DNA of 64,000 nt from Phaeosaccion multiseriatum. Its lineage: Eukaryota; Protista; Ochrophyta, other classes. The notes beneath the pieces are model-generated. The model saw only the letters and a program-made list of their open reading frames with translations, was not told where the DNA came from and searched no databases. The translations under genes were made by a program, and so were the position numbers. Every line of letters begins with the position of its first letter. The stretch's first letter is position 1. Of the stretch, positions 33,458 to 45,548 are shown one piece after another. Location of the stretch: contig OZ218957.1 of the NCBI GenBank assembly GCA_965112735.1, forward strand, positions 1,054,001-1,118,000. Reading direction: 5' to 3'.

Positions 33458-36400
33458 ATGGCGGGTCTTCAGGCTCAGGTCAAGGCCGCAAAGGCCATGA
33501 TGCAGGGCGGAGACCACCGAGGCTGCCTTGAGGCGTGCTCCAAACTTTTGCAGGCCCACGAAGGCGAGCTACAATCAGCCGACAAGGAGAAGATGCTGTC
33601 CGGTGTCCACATGCTTCGAGGCCTGGCCGCCACCAAGTGTGGGGAGTGGGCGGCGGGGGTTGAGTCGTTTGAGGTTTTCACGAGGCTGCAACCGGAACTG
33701 CCTCAGGGTTGGAAGGGGTAAGTAATAAATGCACAAGAATGTGCTTCGTACTTCGAAGTAGTAGAAAACGGAATAAGAAGGGAATTCAGGACTTGCCCCT
33801 TGATCCCATTGCAGGCTAGCCGAGTGTTTGGAGGGCCTGGACAAGAAGAGCTCAGAACTCGTTGCACCTTGGACGCACCTGGCTGAGATTGCAGAGGCCA
33901 AGGCCAACTGGACCAGGGCCCGGGGCGTCCGTCTCAAGGTTGCCCGTCTATTACAGGACGAATTGGGGCGTGGGGAAGAGGCGCTGGCATCGCTGCACGT
34001 GCTCGCCGAGACTCCTGGGGCCTGGGAGGAAGCTCTATCTTTGAGCAGCAGCGAGGAGGGGGCCCCTGAAGAAGGCCGGCTGGAGGCGGCGGAGTTCCGG
34101 CTGAGGCTGGTGGGCCTCGAGTGGGAGGGGATCAAGACCCTGCTGGACAGCGCGGCGGAAGGGAAAGACGCAGCCTGTGCAGCTGCCTTCTTCGGGCGAG
34201 AGATTCTCGGCTCTGATAGAGACGCCGTGCTTCAGCAGTTTGCGGACGGCCTGGTGGCAGACTTGAGGTCGCTGGAGCCGCCTCCCGGCCATGGCAGTGA
34301 GGGGGGATGGGAGGGGCTGCGGCGGGCTGCAGATGGCGCGGCACAGGCGTTGTTCGAGAGGAGCCTGTGGAAAGTAGCTTCGGGCGCCGCTGGAGACAAG
34401 GAGGGCCCCTGGAGAGAAATGTACAGCACGTGTCGGGAGCTCTGGGGGGCGCCGCTGTTCGCAGGTATGGTATGCGTGTACTGATCTGCAAGTCACCCAA
34501 AGGACACGGTTCCTTTGTGTCTGTCTCGCGGTGTAACACTAACCCGGTGACTATTGTATGCTCCTCCAAGGCCGGCCAAACGCTGCTGCCCGAGGCATGC
34601 TCTTGGCCAGCAGTTACGTCCCGCTCGCGCCTCCTGCTGCCCGAGACGACGGCGACTCGACGACCGAGCAGCTGCGGGGCATTGCCACCATATGTGCCGA
34701 GGCCTCGACGTGTAGTGGGCAGCAGGAGTTGGTCGTGCGGCGAGAGGGGCTCCTTTGGCTGTCCTATCAGGCGCTACAAGCCGGTCAGCTAGCAGAGGCC
34801 GCGTCTATTGCCAATCAGGCCATTCAAGAAGAAGCTGCCCCGAAAGTAAAGGCAGCTGGAGAAGCCGTGACGCTGGGCAAGCAAGAAGAGGAGGGGGCTG
34901 CGGCTCACGTGCATGTGGCAGAGGAGCTGCTCGCTTGGCGCCTGCCTTGCCTCCGCTGCTTGGTGGCCGTGCGCAAGGACTTTCGAGGCCTGTCTCACTC
35001 GACCATGGCGGACGAGCTCTGCGCGGCAAGCAGCAAGGCTCACGCGGCAAGCAGGCTCTTGGGCAGGCCAGACCAGGGGAGCGGCTCATGTACGTACATG
35101 CCGTTGGGCGATGCCTGCCTGCTTCTGGCTTACTCACGCCCCGTGGTGTGACTCATCCACATGTTTTGTCTGCTTTCGCGCTCTTTACACTCTTCTACAC
35201 CACAACAGGCGCAGGAGGAGGAGCGGGGGGAGGCGACGGGAGCCCGTGGGACTGTGCAGATGTGCTGGACATTGCTCGCGCCGGGCTGTTGCAGAGGCTG
35301 CAGCGGCATGTGGAGGCGGAGGCGCTGCTCTCGGAGGTAATGTCATGCCTCCAGCGGTGCTGCGAGAGAGAAGGGACAGTCATCGATGAGGCACAGAGCC
35401 AAGTCGTCCCGCTACAGGAGGAGTGGGGCAGGAGGCTGAGGAGCCACGCCAAGTGCGCTACTGCGGAGGGGCTTCTCACCACAGCAGCAGCGGGCGGCGC
35501 GGCAAGGGCTCAAGCGAAGGCCATTTACGATGAGGTGTTGGAGGAGGACGGGGATTGTCTGTGGGCCCTGCGCGGACTGATTGCTCTGCAGCTGAGAGGA
35601 AAAGGCGGGAAACAGGAGGAAGAGGCGGAGGAGGAGACCAAGGCGGTGGTCATTGCACTGCGGCCGTTGGTGGAGCGGGCCGTCGCCCTCTGTGAAGGGG
35701 CCACCGATGACCCCCTGGGCAGGTCCAACACTTTCCTTCTGCAGGCTCGCTGCTCGTGGGTGGTCGAGAGGGAGCAGTCCTTTGCGCAGCTGTTGCGTGC
35801 GGCGAAGCTGGACCCCGCCAATGCCGACGCTTTCGACTGGCTCGGCAGGTGTGTATATGGGCTCTGCTTCGGCTGCTTGCAGCTCTCTCCTCCTCGGCCG
35901 AGCACGACTCGCACTGACTCGCTTTCCTGACACCCAATACTTGTCCTGACACTCACACACGAACCTTTTCGGGCGGCTGTACAGGTGGTACAAGGGGAGT
36001 GGGGGAGACATGGTGAGGGCCAAGGGCTGTTGGCAGCGCTCTCTCAAGATCTCTCCGGGTCACAGCGAGGCCGGCCTGCGACTTGCTGCTCTATATGTGG
36101 AGCAGGGGCAGCTGGCCCTGGCCAAGGTAAGGGGGCGGGAGGAGACGGGTAGGGACGTTGCAGCAGGATGAGGGAGGGGCCTCTTTATTGACCCATTCAC
36201 AACCCCCCCTACACATACATGTACACACATGTACACAGGAGCTCTTTCGGTCGTGCGCCGAGGAAAGCTCTTTGTGGGAGGGGCACTGGGCGTGGGTCAG
36301 GTAAGGCGGTAGACCAGAGCTGGTGAGGCAACACGCTTTCGCAGCAGACAGATTCCGAATGTCCGCACGCCCCCCTCCCCCTGCACAGGCTGGGTAGGCT

Positions 36401-38863
36401 GGCCATGGCGGAGGACAAGCTGCTCGAGGCCTCCGAAATGCTGCAGCAGGCCATCCGAGGCAGGCCCAAGGCGTGGAGCTACTGGGCAGACCTCGGCTGG
36501 GTCTACCACACGCAGAGCAAGCGACATGCAGCGCTCAAGGCGTACGGCAGGTCGCAGCAGCTTTTGCAGCAGCTGCAGGAGGAGGAGGAGGAGGAGGACG
36601 AGGACGGGGGAGGGGAGGGGGGAAGGAAGGAGGGAGGAGAAGGGAAGGGAGGCACTTTCAAGGGGCTACTGCGCGTCTCCTCCGAGCTGGGCACGGTGCA
36701 GCGCGAGCTCGGCTTGTGTCTTGAGTCTGCAGATAGCTTCGACGCGGCCCTGGCGGTGGACGGCACCAATGCTCTCGCCCTGCAGGGGGCAGCAGAGACA
36801 CAGTTGGCGCTGGCACACAGCAGCGCCACGGAAGGGCTGTACAGCGCAGCAGCGGCAGGCCTCGTCAGGGGGGTAGCGTTTGCGGAGCGCCTCTTGTTGC
36901 ACAGCAGCGCGTCTGCTGCCTTCTGCTGCACGTGGAAGACCAAGGGGGACTTGCACACGTACGCCCACCGCCTGCCGCCGAGCTGCTTCTCCGAGGGGGG
37001 GGTGGAGGAGCAGCTTGCCTTTGTCGCGTTGGGCGAAGAGGCGTATGAAAAGGCCTTTGAGCTCAGTGAGGAGGAGCACCGCCCTGCCGCACTCTACGAC
37101 GTGGGCCTCAACCGCTACCTTCGCTGCCAGCTGCTGCGCCAGTCCCTGGGGGAGGGGTCCGGCACTTGGGCGGCAGGGGTGTATTCCAGGCTACCCCAAG
37201 TGGTGGCGCTGAATGGGAGGGCCGTGCGGGCCTTTGAGGCCTGCTTGAAGCTCACGCCCCTCGACAGCAATGCCTGGAACGGGCTCGGGTTGGTTCGCTG
37301 CGACAACGCTCTTGTGCAGCAGCACTGCTTTGTGCGGGCCATCCAGATCGACCACAACCCCTCCGCCTGGGCCAACTTGGCCATGCTCTACATCGCCTTC
37401 GACCTCGAGGATCAGGCCTACGAGGCGCTGGGCGGACTTCAGTCCATCTGCGACCATCCCGCCATGTGGGTGGGACTCGCCATGCTCAAGCACAGGACCG
37501 CAAGCAGGGCCTTGGGCCTACTGCCTCCCTTCAGGACCCTTCGCAGTAGCAGCAGCAGCAATGGTGCGGCAGGGGGTGAGGAGGAGCAGGAGGGGTGCGT
37601 GAGCAGCAGCAAGGGGAAACGCTTTCTCGATCAGGTGCGTTTTAGTTGGTCCACCCCCCCCCCCCCTTGACGGATGGTAAAGGGATGGCATGGATGTGAA
37701 TGGCCTCACGAATCGTGGCCATTTCGTTTTGTGTGTGGGGGGTGCTTGCCTTCTTTGTTGTGCAGGCGTCTGATGCCTACTACTCCGCGCTGGAGACCAT
37801 GCAGCACCCCGACGCCCTGCTGGGCCTGGGCAGCGCCACCGCCACGGTTTCTTGGCGACAGGGCGGGACGGGGGGGGGCAACAACGACAGCGACGGCATC
37901 GTTGCTCTGCAGCAGTACGTGGAGCTCAACCCCTGCAACGCCGCCGCCTGGAACGCTCTCGGGGGCTTGTTGGAACGGACGGCGGACGAGAAGGGGGCGA
38001 GGCGGGCCTGCCGCTGCTATGAGCGGGCCATTGCTCTGCTGGAACAGCAGCGGAGAGACGTGGGGGCGGCAGGGGGGGGGGGGGGAGAAGCAGAAGCAGG
38101 CTCGGCCGAGCACAAGGGAGATGAGAGGTGCACGGCAGCACTCCGCATTGCTCACGCCAACCTCGGCCGAGCCAGGCTTCTCTCCTCCGAAAGCAGAGGA
38201 GCAGAGGCAAAGGAGGAGGAGACACCTGCGGCTGCGGTCAGCGCCATTGCAGCCCTAGACAAGAGCGGAGAGAACGCGGATAGGCTCGTGCATGCTCTTG
38301 CCTTGGCGGCAGCGGGCCGCTCGTGAGTAGTAGGCTTTTGGCAAGGGAGAAGACGACGATGGCGCCTTCTTCCCCCCCCCCCGTCGTATATACCTCTTAC
38401 GTACCTACCCCACCGCTTGTCTTCCTTCCGTGTGTCCTCTTTTTGTCAGGGAGGACGCACGCGCTGCCTTCTCAGGGCTCGTCGGAATGAGCGGCACGCC
38501 AAAGGGCGCACCGGCATCGGGCCTTGGTGGGGCTCTGCTTTGTGCTGCAGTGGCCACGCACCGGGACGGAGACACAGCTGCTGCCCTCAAGGCCGCTGCT
38601 GAGGCAGTGCGACAAGCTCCGACTCACCCCAAGGTGATATATTTCAATGGCGAGGGGGGCTGGCCTGTTTTCTTTCGCGAGTCTTCGGTCCGACAGAGGT
38701 CTTACCAACATGCTCCCACACCCGCATCCCCCTCTGCTCGCCTCCCCCCCCTCCTCCTCCTCCGACACGACAAGGTCGCGGAGCATGCGCTGGCATTGGC
38801 GGGCGTGGGGAATGACATTGCCCTTGCCAAGACATGCATGGGATGCATCAAGCAGGTTCGTGG

Positions 38864-38900
<37 letters not shown>

Positions 38901-38938
38901 TATATATTTAGATGCCATGCCGCTGCCATCCTGACCTC

Positions 38939-38970
<32 letters not shown>

Positions 38971-40345
38971 GCTGCCCTCCTCTGCACACACCATACCCGG
39001 CCTAAGCAGCTCGACAAGGGGGGGGCGTCTGCTGCGGCCCACCGAGGCCTCGTGGGCGAAGTGCTGCGAGCCTCCAAGGCCCCCCGGGGGATGGTGCGCA
39101 GGGCTCTCCTGACGGCCGTGCATCGCGACCCGGCCTCCGCGGCAGGCTGGCTGCAGCTGTCGGCCGCCCTGCTGGACGATGCAGCGCGTGACAGCAGAAG
39201 CCTCGGAGGGGAGGGCCGGGACATGGCCGAGGCCGAGGCCGTGCGGCATGCGGGCAAGGCGGCGGATTCGGCCTTTGCCATGGTGAGGCAAGCGCGAGGC
39301 TCGTCACGAAGGGGGAAGGGTCCAAGGGTCTGGAAGTCGCCTGCTAACCGTACGTGCCACACACCACCCCTTGCCCCTTGTAGGTCCGCTACTCGATGCT
39401 CTCTCTGAGCATTGCCTCGCGGGGACGGAAAGGAAACACCATTGACCTGCACAAGGCTGGAGCCGTCGCGGAGAGTACTTGCGCTGCCCGGGGAGGTGGG
39501 GCCTTCAGGGGAGACGCAGGGGACGCTGCTGTCTCGCTTACACTCAAGGTCGCCGCAGATGCCATGGAAGGTTCGAAGAATGCTCCACTTTTTCTTCTGT
39601 GGTCGTCGTCTTGTCGGAGCTCAGCCCCTTCTTATCTCTCTGCCTCCCCCGTGCATCCTTGTCCAGGCGGCTCTTCCGGCAATAGTCGACTTGTTCGCAG
39701 TCTATCGGCCGCGCTGCACATGAACCCTACGGACGAGCGCTCCTGGCGGCTCTTGGCGCTGCTGGAGGGGGAGCGGGGCACACTGGGCGAGGCCACTGCT
39801 GCCTCAGCGGCCGCCTTTGGAACGGCAGCTAAGGTGCACGCTTTCTTGGCAAGGGAAGGGGGATTCGAGGGGGAGGCGAGCTTCCAGCCGGCAGTGGACA
39901 AGCTCAGTCAGAGTTGGGCTCTCCTCGGACAAGTGCAGCAGCAGAAGGAGAAGGCAGAGGGGGGAGAGGCCGGCCCAGGGGAGGAAGCGGGGCAGACAGA
40001 AACCCTTTCGAGGGCGAGAGAAGCCGTGGCGCAGGGTTTCGACGTGTCTGGCGAGGAGGGTGGTGACGACGGTGACAGGCGGCGGGCCCTGGTGAAGCTG
40101 GCCGAGGCGAGATGCCATACGGCGCAGGAGAAGCAGAGTGAAGCAGTGCGGGCATACAAGGAGGCGGCTGTGCTGTGTCCTCGCCTGGCCGCCTGCTGGC
40201 ACGAGCTCAGCGCGTGCTACCAGCGCCTGGGCAAAGCGCATGCGGCCCTGGCGGCTCTTCAGTGCGGCATCGATGTGAGTGCAGTGCTCCTACCGCCTCG
40301 CTCTAGGCTTGTCTCGCTCCTCCCTTCCCCCTCCCGTCCCTTAAA

Positions 40346-40387
<42 letters not shown>

Positions 40388-40777
40388 GTCGCCAGGCACT
40401 GGGTGGCGACGCGACGCCCGACCCCTCGGCGGTCATTCTTCACTTGGAAATGGGCCGCCTTCTCTGCAAAGCGGGGCGGCTGGGGGAAGCACAAGCAGCG
40501 GTGGGCAGGTAGGTGGGGAAGGGAGCAAGGTGGGGAAGGGACGGTTCTGACGTCCTCTGTCTTGTGTGTCAACCCCCCCCCCCTCCTCTCGTGCGTCTGC
40601 AGAGCTTGCCGGTGGCAGGAGGTGCCCGCGGGTGAGGTGTTGAAGGGGGTGATCTGGCTCAAGAAGGGACAACAAAAGAAGGCGACGGAGGCTTTTGAGC
40701 GAGCCATCGCACTCGATCGGAGCCTCGCCCCCGCGGTGCAGCAAATTCTGGACAAGTCAGACACTTTGCCTACTTGA
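33458..40777 (+). CDS. SKI3: Superkiller complex TPR subunit SKI3/TTC37-like, multi-exon
   Basis: N-terminal VKAAKAMM...LQPELPQGWKGL. TPRs including LLRAAKLDP...GDMVRAKGCWQR, WADLGWVY...AALKAY, WKTKGD, AWNGLG...QQHCFVRAIQ and WANLAMLY. Confidence 0.8.
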
Positions 40778-40951
40778 CTTCATGGAGAGGCAGCAGCGGC
40801 AGCAGCAGCAGCCGCCGCCGCAATGGGCAAGGGACGGTGCTGCTGCATTCCTATCCATCTGAAGCGCAACGTAACCAGACGGAGAAAAGTGTACCCAGTG
40901 GATGCGTGGGTGTAAGGATTCGGGCCCTTCCTTCTATAAATAAAAAAAAGG

Positions 40952-41797
40952 CTATGAACCCTGGTCAAAATCCCAATCTGCTTGCTCCGTGCCGCCCTTC
41001 TGCTTGCTGTCTTCTGCGTCTAATTTCGCCTCCATAATCTCGTCTGCGCTGACCTCTCTGAGACTGCCCAGCGCTTCTCGCTCTGGGTCAATCTCGCCCA
41101 TCAAGACCACGTTGTCGCCTCGCACAATGTACAGTCCGAGTGGGATGTCTCCATACATGTCTGCGCCGGAGGGGTGGGAGAGAACCGCGAAGAACACGAA
41201 ATTAGTGTTTGGGCAAGGTCACCATCTGCCCCAAGCAAGCAAGCAAGCAAGCACTCACTCACCTCCCACGACGTGCCGTTCGTGTGTTCCCTCTAATATC
41301 ATGTTGGTAAACTGGTCATAACTCCTCATGGTGCCCACTAAATGCCGCCCATCCCTCAAGATGACGAGCAACTTTTTGTCTAGCTGTTCAAACAGGGAAG
41401 CGGCCCCCGGGCTCAAGGCCACCGGACCAACCGGAGGGTAGGATGGAGGCGGGGGCGGCAAAGGCCGCGGAGGAGGGCCCGGGAAAGCACCGGTAGCCAT
41501 ATTGCTATACATCCCTGGCGGGACGATGCCCTGCCGTGGAGGAGGCATTTGCTGTGGCACGTACCCATAGGGCTCGCCGCGAGGGCCCTGTTGCTGCTGC
41601 TGCTGCTGCGGCGGTGGCGGTGGCGCCTGCTGCTGATTCTGATGATGGTGATTAGGTCCCCTCGGCGGTTGTGCTCCTCCTCTCCCTTCGTGCGGGGCCT
41701 GTGCGGCATTTGGGGGAGGATTCGAGGGAGGGGGGTGCTGCTGCTGCTGTTGCTGCTGCTGCTGTTGTTGTTGCTGCTGAGGCTGCTGCTGCGGTTG

Positions 41798-41829
<32 letters not shown>

Positions 41830-41863
41830 TCGACTTCGGCTGTGTACCCTGCTTCTCCTCCAT
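40952..41863 (-). CDS. LSM1: Sm-like protein LSm1 with long Q/P-rich N-terminal extension, 2 exons
   Basis: PGAASLFEQLDKKLLVILRDGRHLVGTMRSYDQFTNMILEGTHER and DIPLGLYIVRGDNVVLMGEID. Confidence 0.93.
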
Positions 41864-42136
41864 AGCTCGGCAGTCACCCTTCCGCAAAAAAAACCAGGTC
41901 CCTCCTCTAGTCCCCCAGTACTGCTTGCTTCCTCGATCCTCTTCTATTCGCCCAGTATGCTTGCTTCTCCTCTTCCTCCTCCGCTGCCTTCGGGCGCCGT
42001 TTGACGGATCCAAGAGAAGAAGGGCAAGGATGATGGGAAGGGGGATGGCAGCTCACGTGAACTGGATGGCAGCAGAAGGCTCCCAACCCCCTCCCCGCTT
42101 CTCACCTCCTCCGGCCCCTCGATAAGAGGGTCAACA

Positions 42137-42600
42137 ATGAGCACCGGTCACAACAGTAGCAGCAGCAGGTACTGTGCGGAGAAGCGTCAGGGACAAGGCC
42201 AAGTTTCAGGGAGTCCCCTTTTCTCACCTGAGGAGGCCCCGTCGGCCGTTGTTGACATTCCTTCCACCCTCCCTCCTCTCCGTCCTCTTGCCAAGTTGTT
42301 GATGACATTCTTTCCCACCTTCTCTCCTCTCCCTCCTCTTGCTATCTCCAGCGGACGATTTGCAAGCAAGAACCTCAATGCTGTGACCAAACCGCGCTCG
42401 GCGGAGACCAGCCGGGGGGGAGGCGGCGGACGGCTGCTTGTGCTGGGCAGCAAATCCCGCAGCAGCACCGGCCTCAATGCTCCAATTCCCATGAACACGC
42501 CCAGTCTCCGAAGGGAGAACAATGGGCAGGATATCACCGTCAACTTGGTTCCTACTGGAGGGACGGGCTGGGGGGCTGATGGTGCTCTGTCCAAGCATTC

Positions 42601-42632
<32 letters not shown>

Positions 42633-42705
42633 GCAGTGAGGGCCAGCAGCAGCGACTTGCACCCTCAAGTCGCTTGGCCCCGTGGAGCAGTGCAGGACCG
42701 CCGCC

Positions 42706-42738
<33 letters not shown>

Positions 42739-42886
42739 CTACAGTGAGGAGCAGCGAACACCCTCGTCTGGGCGTTCGGATGTGCCTTGGACTAGCGGCG
42801 GAGGTCTGCAGCAACAGCAATACAGTGAGGAGCAGCGAACACCCTCGTCTGGGCGCGCGGAATTTTCTTGGACTAGCAGCGGAGGT

Positions 42887-42921
<35 letters not shown>

Positions 42922-45509
42922 CTACCATTATCCCCAGCACGATGATGGGCAAGAGAGGGGCGCGCCATCTGGTCGGTCGGCGCCTTGGAGTAGCAGAGGG
43001 GGACAGCAGCAGCAGCAACAGCACTACCAGGATGGTGCACAGCAGGACCAGTCTGTGGGAGGCCAGCAGCAGCGGCGGCAGCAGCCGTACAATGATGAGC
43101 ACGATCGAAGCTGGAGTAGGAATGGGCAGCAGCATCAGCAGCCCTGTAGTTCAAGCAATAGAGGTTTCGAGGAAGAGCCCGAGTGGAGCAGTCCTCCAGA
43201 AGCAGGCACCAGAAGGTTGTGGGGAGATGAGGAAGACGAACCTTCTGTTCCGCCCCATCAGGCCCCTAGACCACTTAAGGACCCTTACGCGGAAGATGCG
43301 GCGACAGCCGGTGAGGCGGAGGGGGTGGTGCGAGGGGGGGGGGAGGGGAGCGTAGCACAAGGGGCAGAGGAAAGGAGAGCTGGATATAGCACTCTGCCAC
43401 GGCAGCAAGTGGCCGAGAACAGCACTTGGCACAGTGGGCGTGATGAGAACTTGAGTACGCTACGAGAGGAGGGAAGGGATATACCCCATGCTCGTGGTCC
43501 TGAGGTGCCTCCAAGCAGAGATGCGGGAGGAGAGCAGGCTTCGGGGGAAGCAGGGTCTCACCCGAGAGACAAGCCGAGAGACTCCTCACCACGTGCTGCT
43601 GGGGCAATAGAGCAACAAGAGAGCTTTGGTTCCGTGTACTCGAGAGGCCCCCAGAGGCAGGAACGACAGCTATTTGACCCCAAGGTAAGTGGTTCGAGTT
43701 CACTTGCCAACCCAAACCCTTAAGCCCTAACCCTATGCCTGCCCCAACCCCAAGACCGGGAAGATGACAGACGCCACAAAGGAGAAACAGACCACGCCAG
43801 CACAGCAGCCTGCTGCGCCCAAAGCTCGCCCGAAGCGCGCGGAGAAGGCTGCGGCGCGGCGCCAGGAGAGGGATGCAGAAAAAGAGTCGCGTGAAAAGGA
43901 CAAGGAGCGACGCAAGCGCCAGGCGGAGCAGCAGGAGCAGGTGAGTTGGTGTGCTGTGCTGGCCCCTTGTTGTTCTCTCCCACAGGACCTTTTTCATCAT
44001 CTCTTTGCTGCTCCTACCTCTGCTCAGGCTCGCAAGCAAAGAGCGGCTGCGAGCGCTCAGGCCCTCGCAGCCCGTGTGGCTGCTCGCGCTGCTCGGGCCA
44101 AGGAGAAGCAGGCCAGAGGCGCGCGAACGAAAGGGGCGCTTTACGTATATAGGAAGGGCAACCCAGCCGTGATTGAGAATGCCGATTTGGGAGAGGGGGA
44201 GGTGGATCCGTTCCAAGAGATGTGGGACAAATTAGGGCCGGTTGAGGAGCAGCACGGGAGAAGTGGAGGCGGGGGGGGGGTTCAGCAGCCGCCACCGCTG
44301 CAGCAGCAGCAGCAGCAGCTAGCAGGGAAGCAGGCTCCCCGTCAGAATGCTGTGGAAGCTGGGGAAGCTCAGGCAGATCCGACCAATGCAGTGGACCGAG
44401 CCGCGCTCAAGGAGCAGAGGAAGGAGAGAAAAAAGGCCAAAAAGGTGAATGAAGCGAAGGAATTCGCCTTGCAGCAGGAACAGAAGCTGCAGGCACATCG
44501 GATGATTCTAGGCCAAGACGAAAGACCAAATGTTAAAACCGCTGGGATGGTCGTTGTGGAGGATCAGGTTGGCATCGAGAGAGACGGCTTCTGGGACGGA
44601 GAGTTTGAGGTGGTCAAGTCGCGCAAGGAGCAGCAGAAGGAGCGGAAGGAGCAAAAGGAGGTGGAAGCTCGGTTGGCTTTGCACAAGAAAGCCAAGGAGA
44701 TGGAGGCCGCTCGAAAGAAGGTCAAGGCTGCACTAGCTGCCGCCAAGAAGCAAAAGCAAAAGGGAGCAAGGGAGCAGCAGCAGCAGCAACAACAACAGAA
44801 ACAGAAGCAGCAGAAACAGCCGCAGCAGCAGCAGCAGCAGCAGCAACCACAGCAGCCGCAGGAGCAGCAACCACCGCTCCAAGCAGTAGAATTGAGCCCA
44901 AGCACTGCGTCTGGATGGGAAATCCCTCAGCTCGCAAACCAAGGCAGTGTTGCACCGCCCTTTGGAGGACTGAATTCCTCTCTCGTGTCAGGCTTCAACA
45001 AAGAGGTCTATTCCCCGCAACACCCGCAGCAGCAGCACGAGCCCTCTGGCCTCTTGATAGGGGACGAAATGCAAGAGGCGGTGCAGGAGCAGTTTGGAGA
45101 TGATTTCATGGACAGCCAAGCCAGTTGGACCATTGACTCGCCCTTTTTTGAAGGGGAGGCGGAGGAGGGGCGGCAGCAGGAGCAGCAACAACAACAACAG
45201 CAAGGACAGGAGGGGGAGCCTTTCTCGCAAGCTGCCACCGCACAGATTCCACAATGGACTGTTGATTGGGAAGGGGGCAGTGGTGGTGGTGACTATTTTG
45301 CGTTCCCTCCGAAAGGGCCGGCATCAAACGACACCTGGGGGCGGGGCGGGCTGATGGGGCAAGTGAATGGCGGCTCAGCCAGCAGCGGCATGGAGGCCTT
45401 CTACAAGGGGGACATAGGAGAGGTGGGGGGGCTCGAAGAGAGGGGCCTCCCACCACCGCAGCCCGGCCACCCTGGACATGCCTCCCCACCCCCACCTGGG
45501 GCGGGCTAG
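42137..45509 (+). CDS. PRRC2/BAT2 (MOS1)-like protein: BAT2_N domain plus long Q-rich disordered region, about 4 exons
   Basis: RFASKNLN...LLVLG...PIPMNTPSLRRENNGQDITVNLVPTGGTGWG resembles BAT2_N. LFDPK|TGKM spans an intron; also FEVVKSRK. Confidence 0.75.
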
Positions 45510-45548
45510 GAGGCCGAAAACATTGAATGAGAAGAGAATTATCAAGTC

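Noticed and set aside
43705-43754. Telomere-like (AACCCT-type) repeats in a PRRC2-like intron
   Set aside because: Only a few degenerate units; not a telomeric array.
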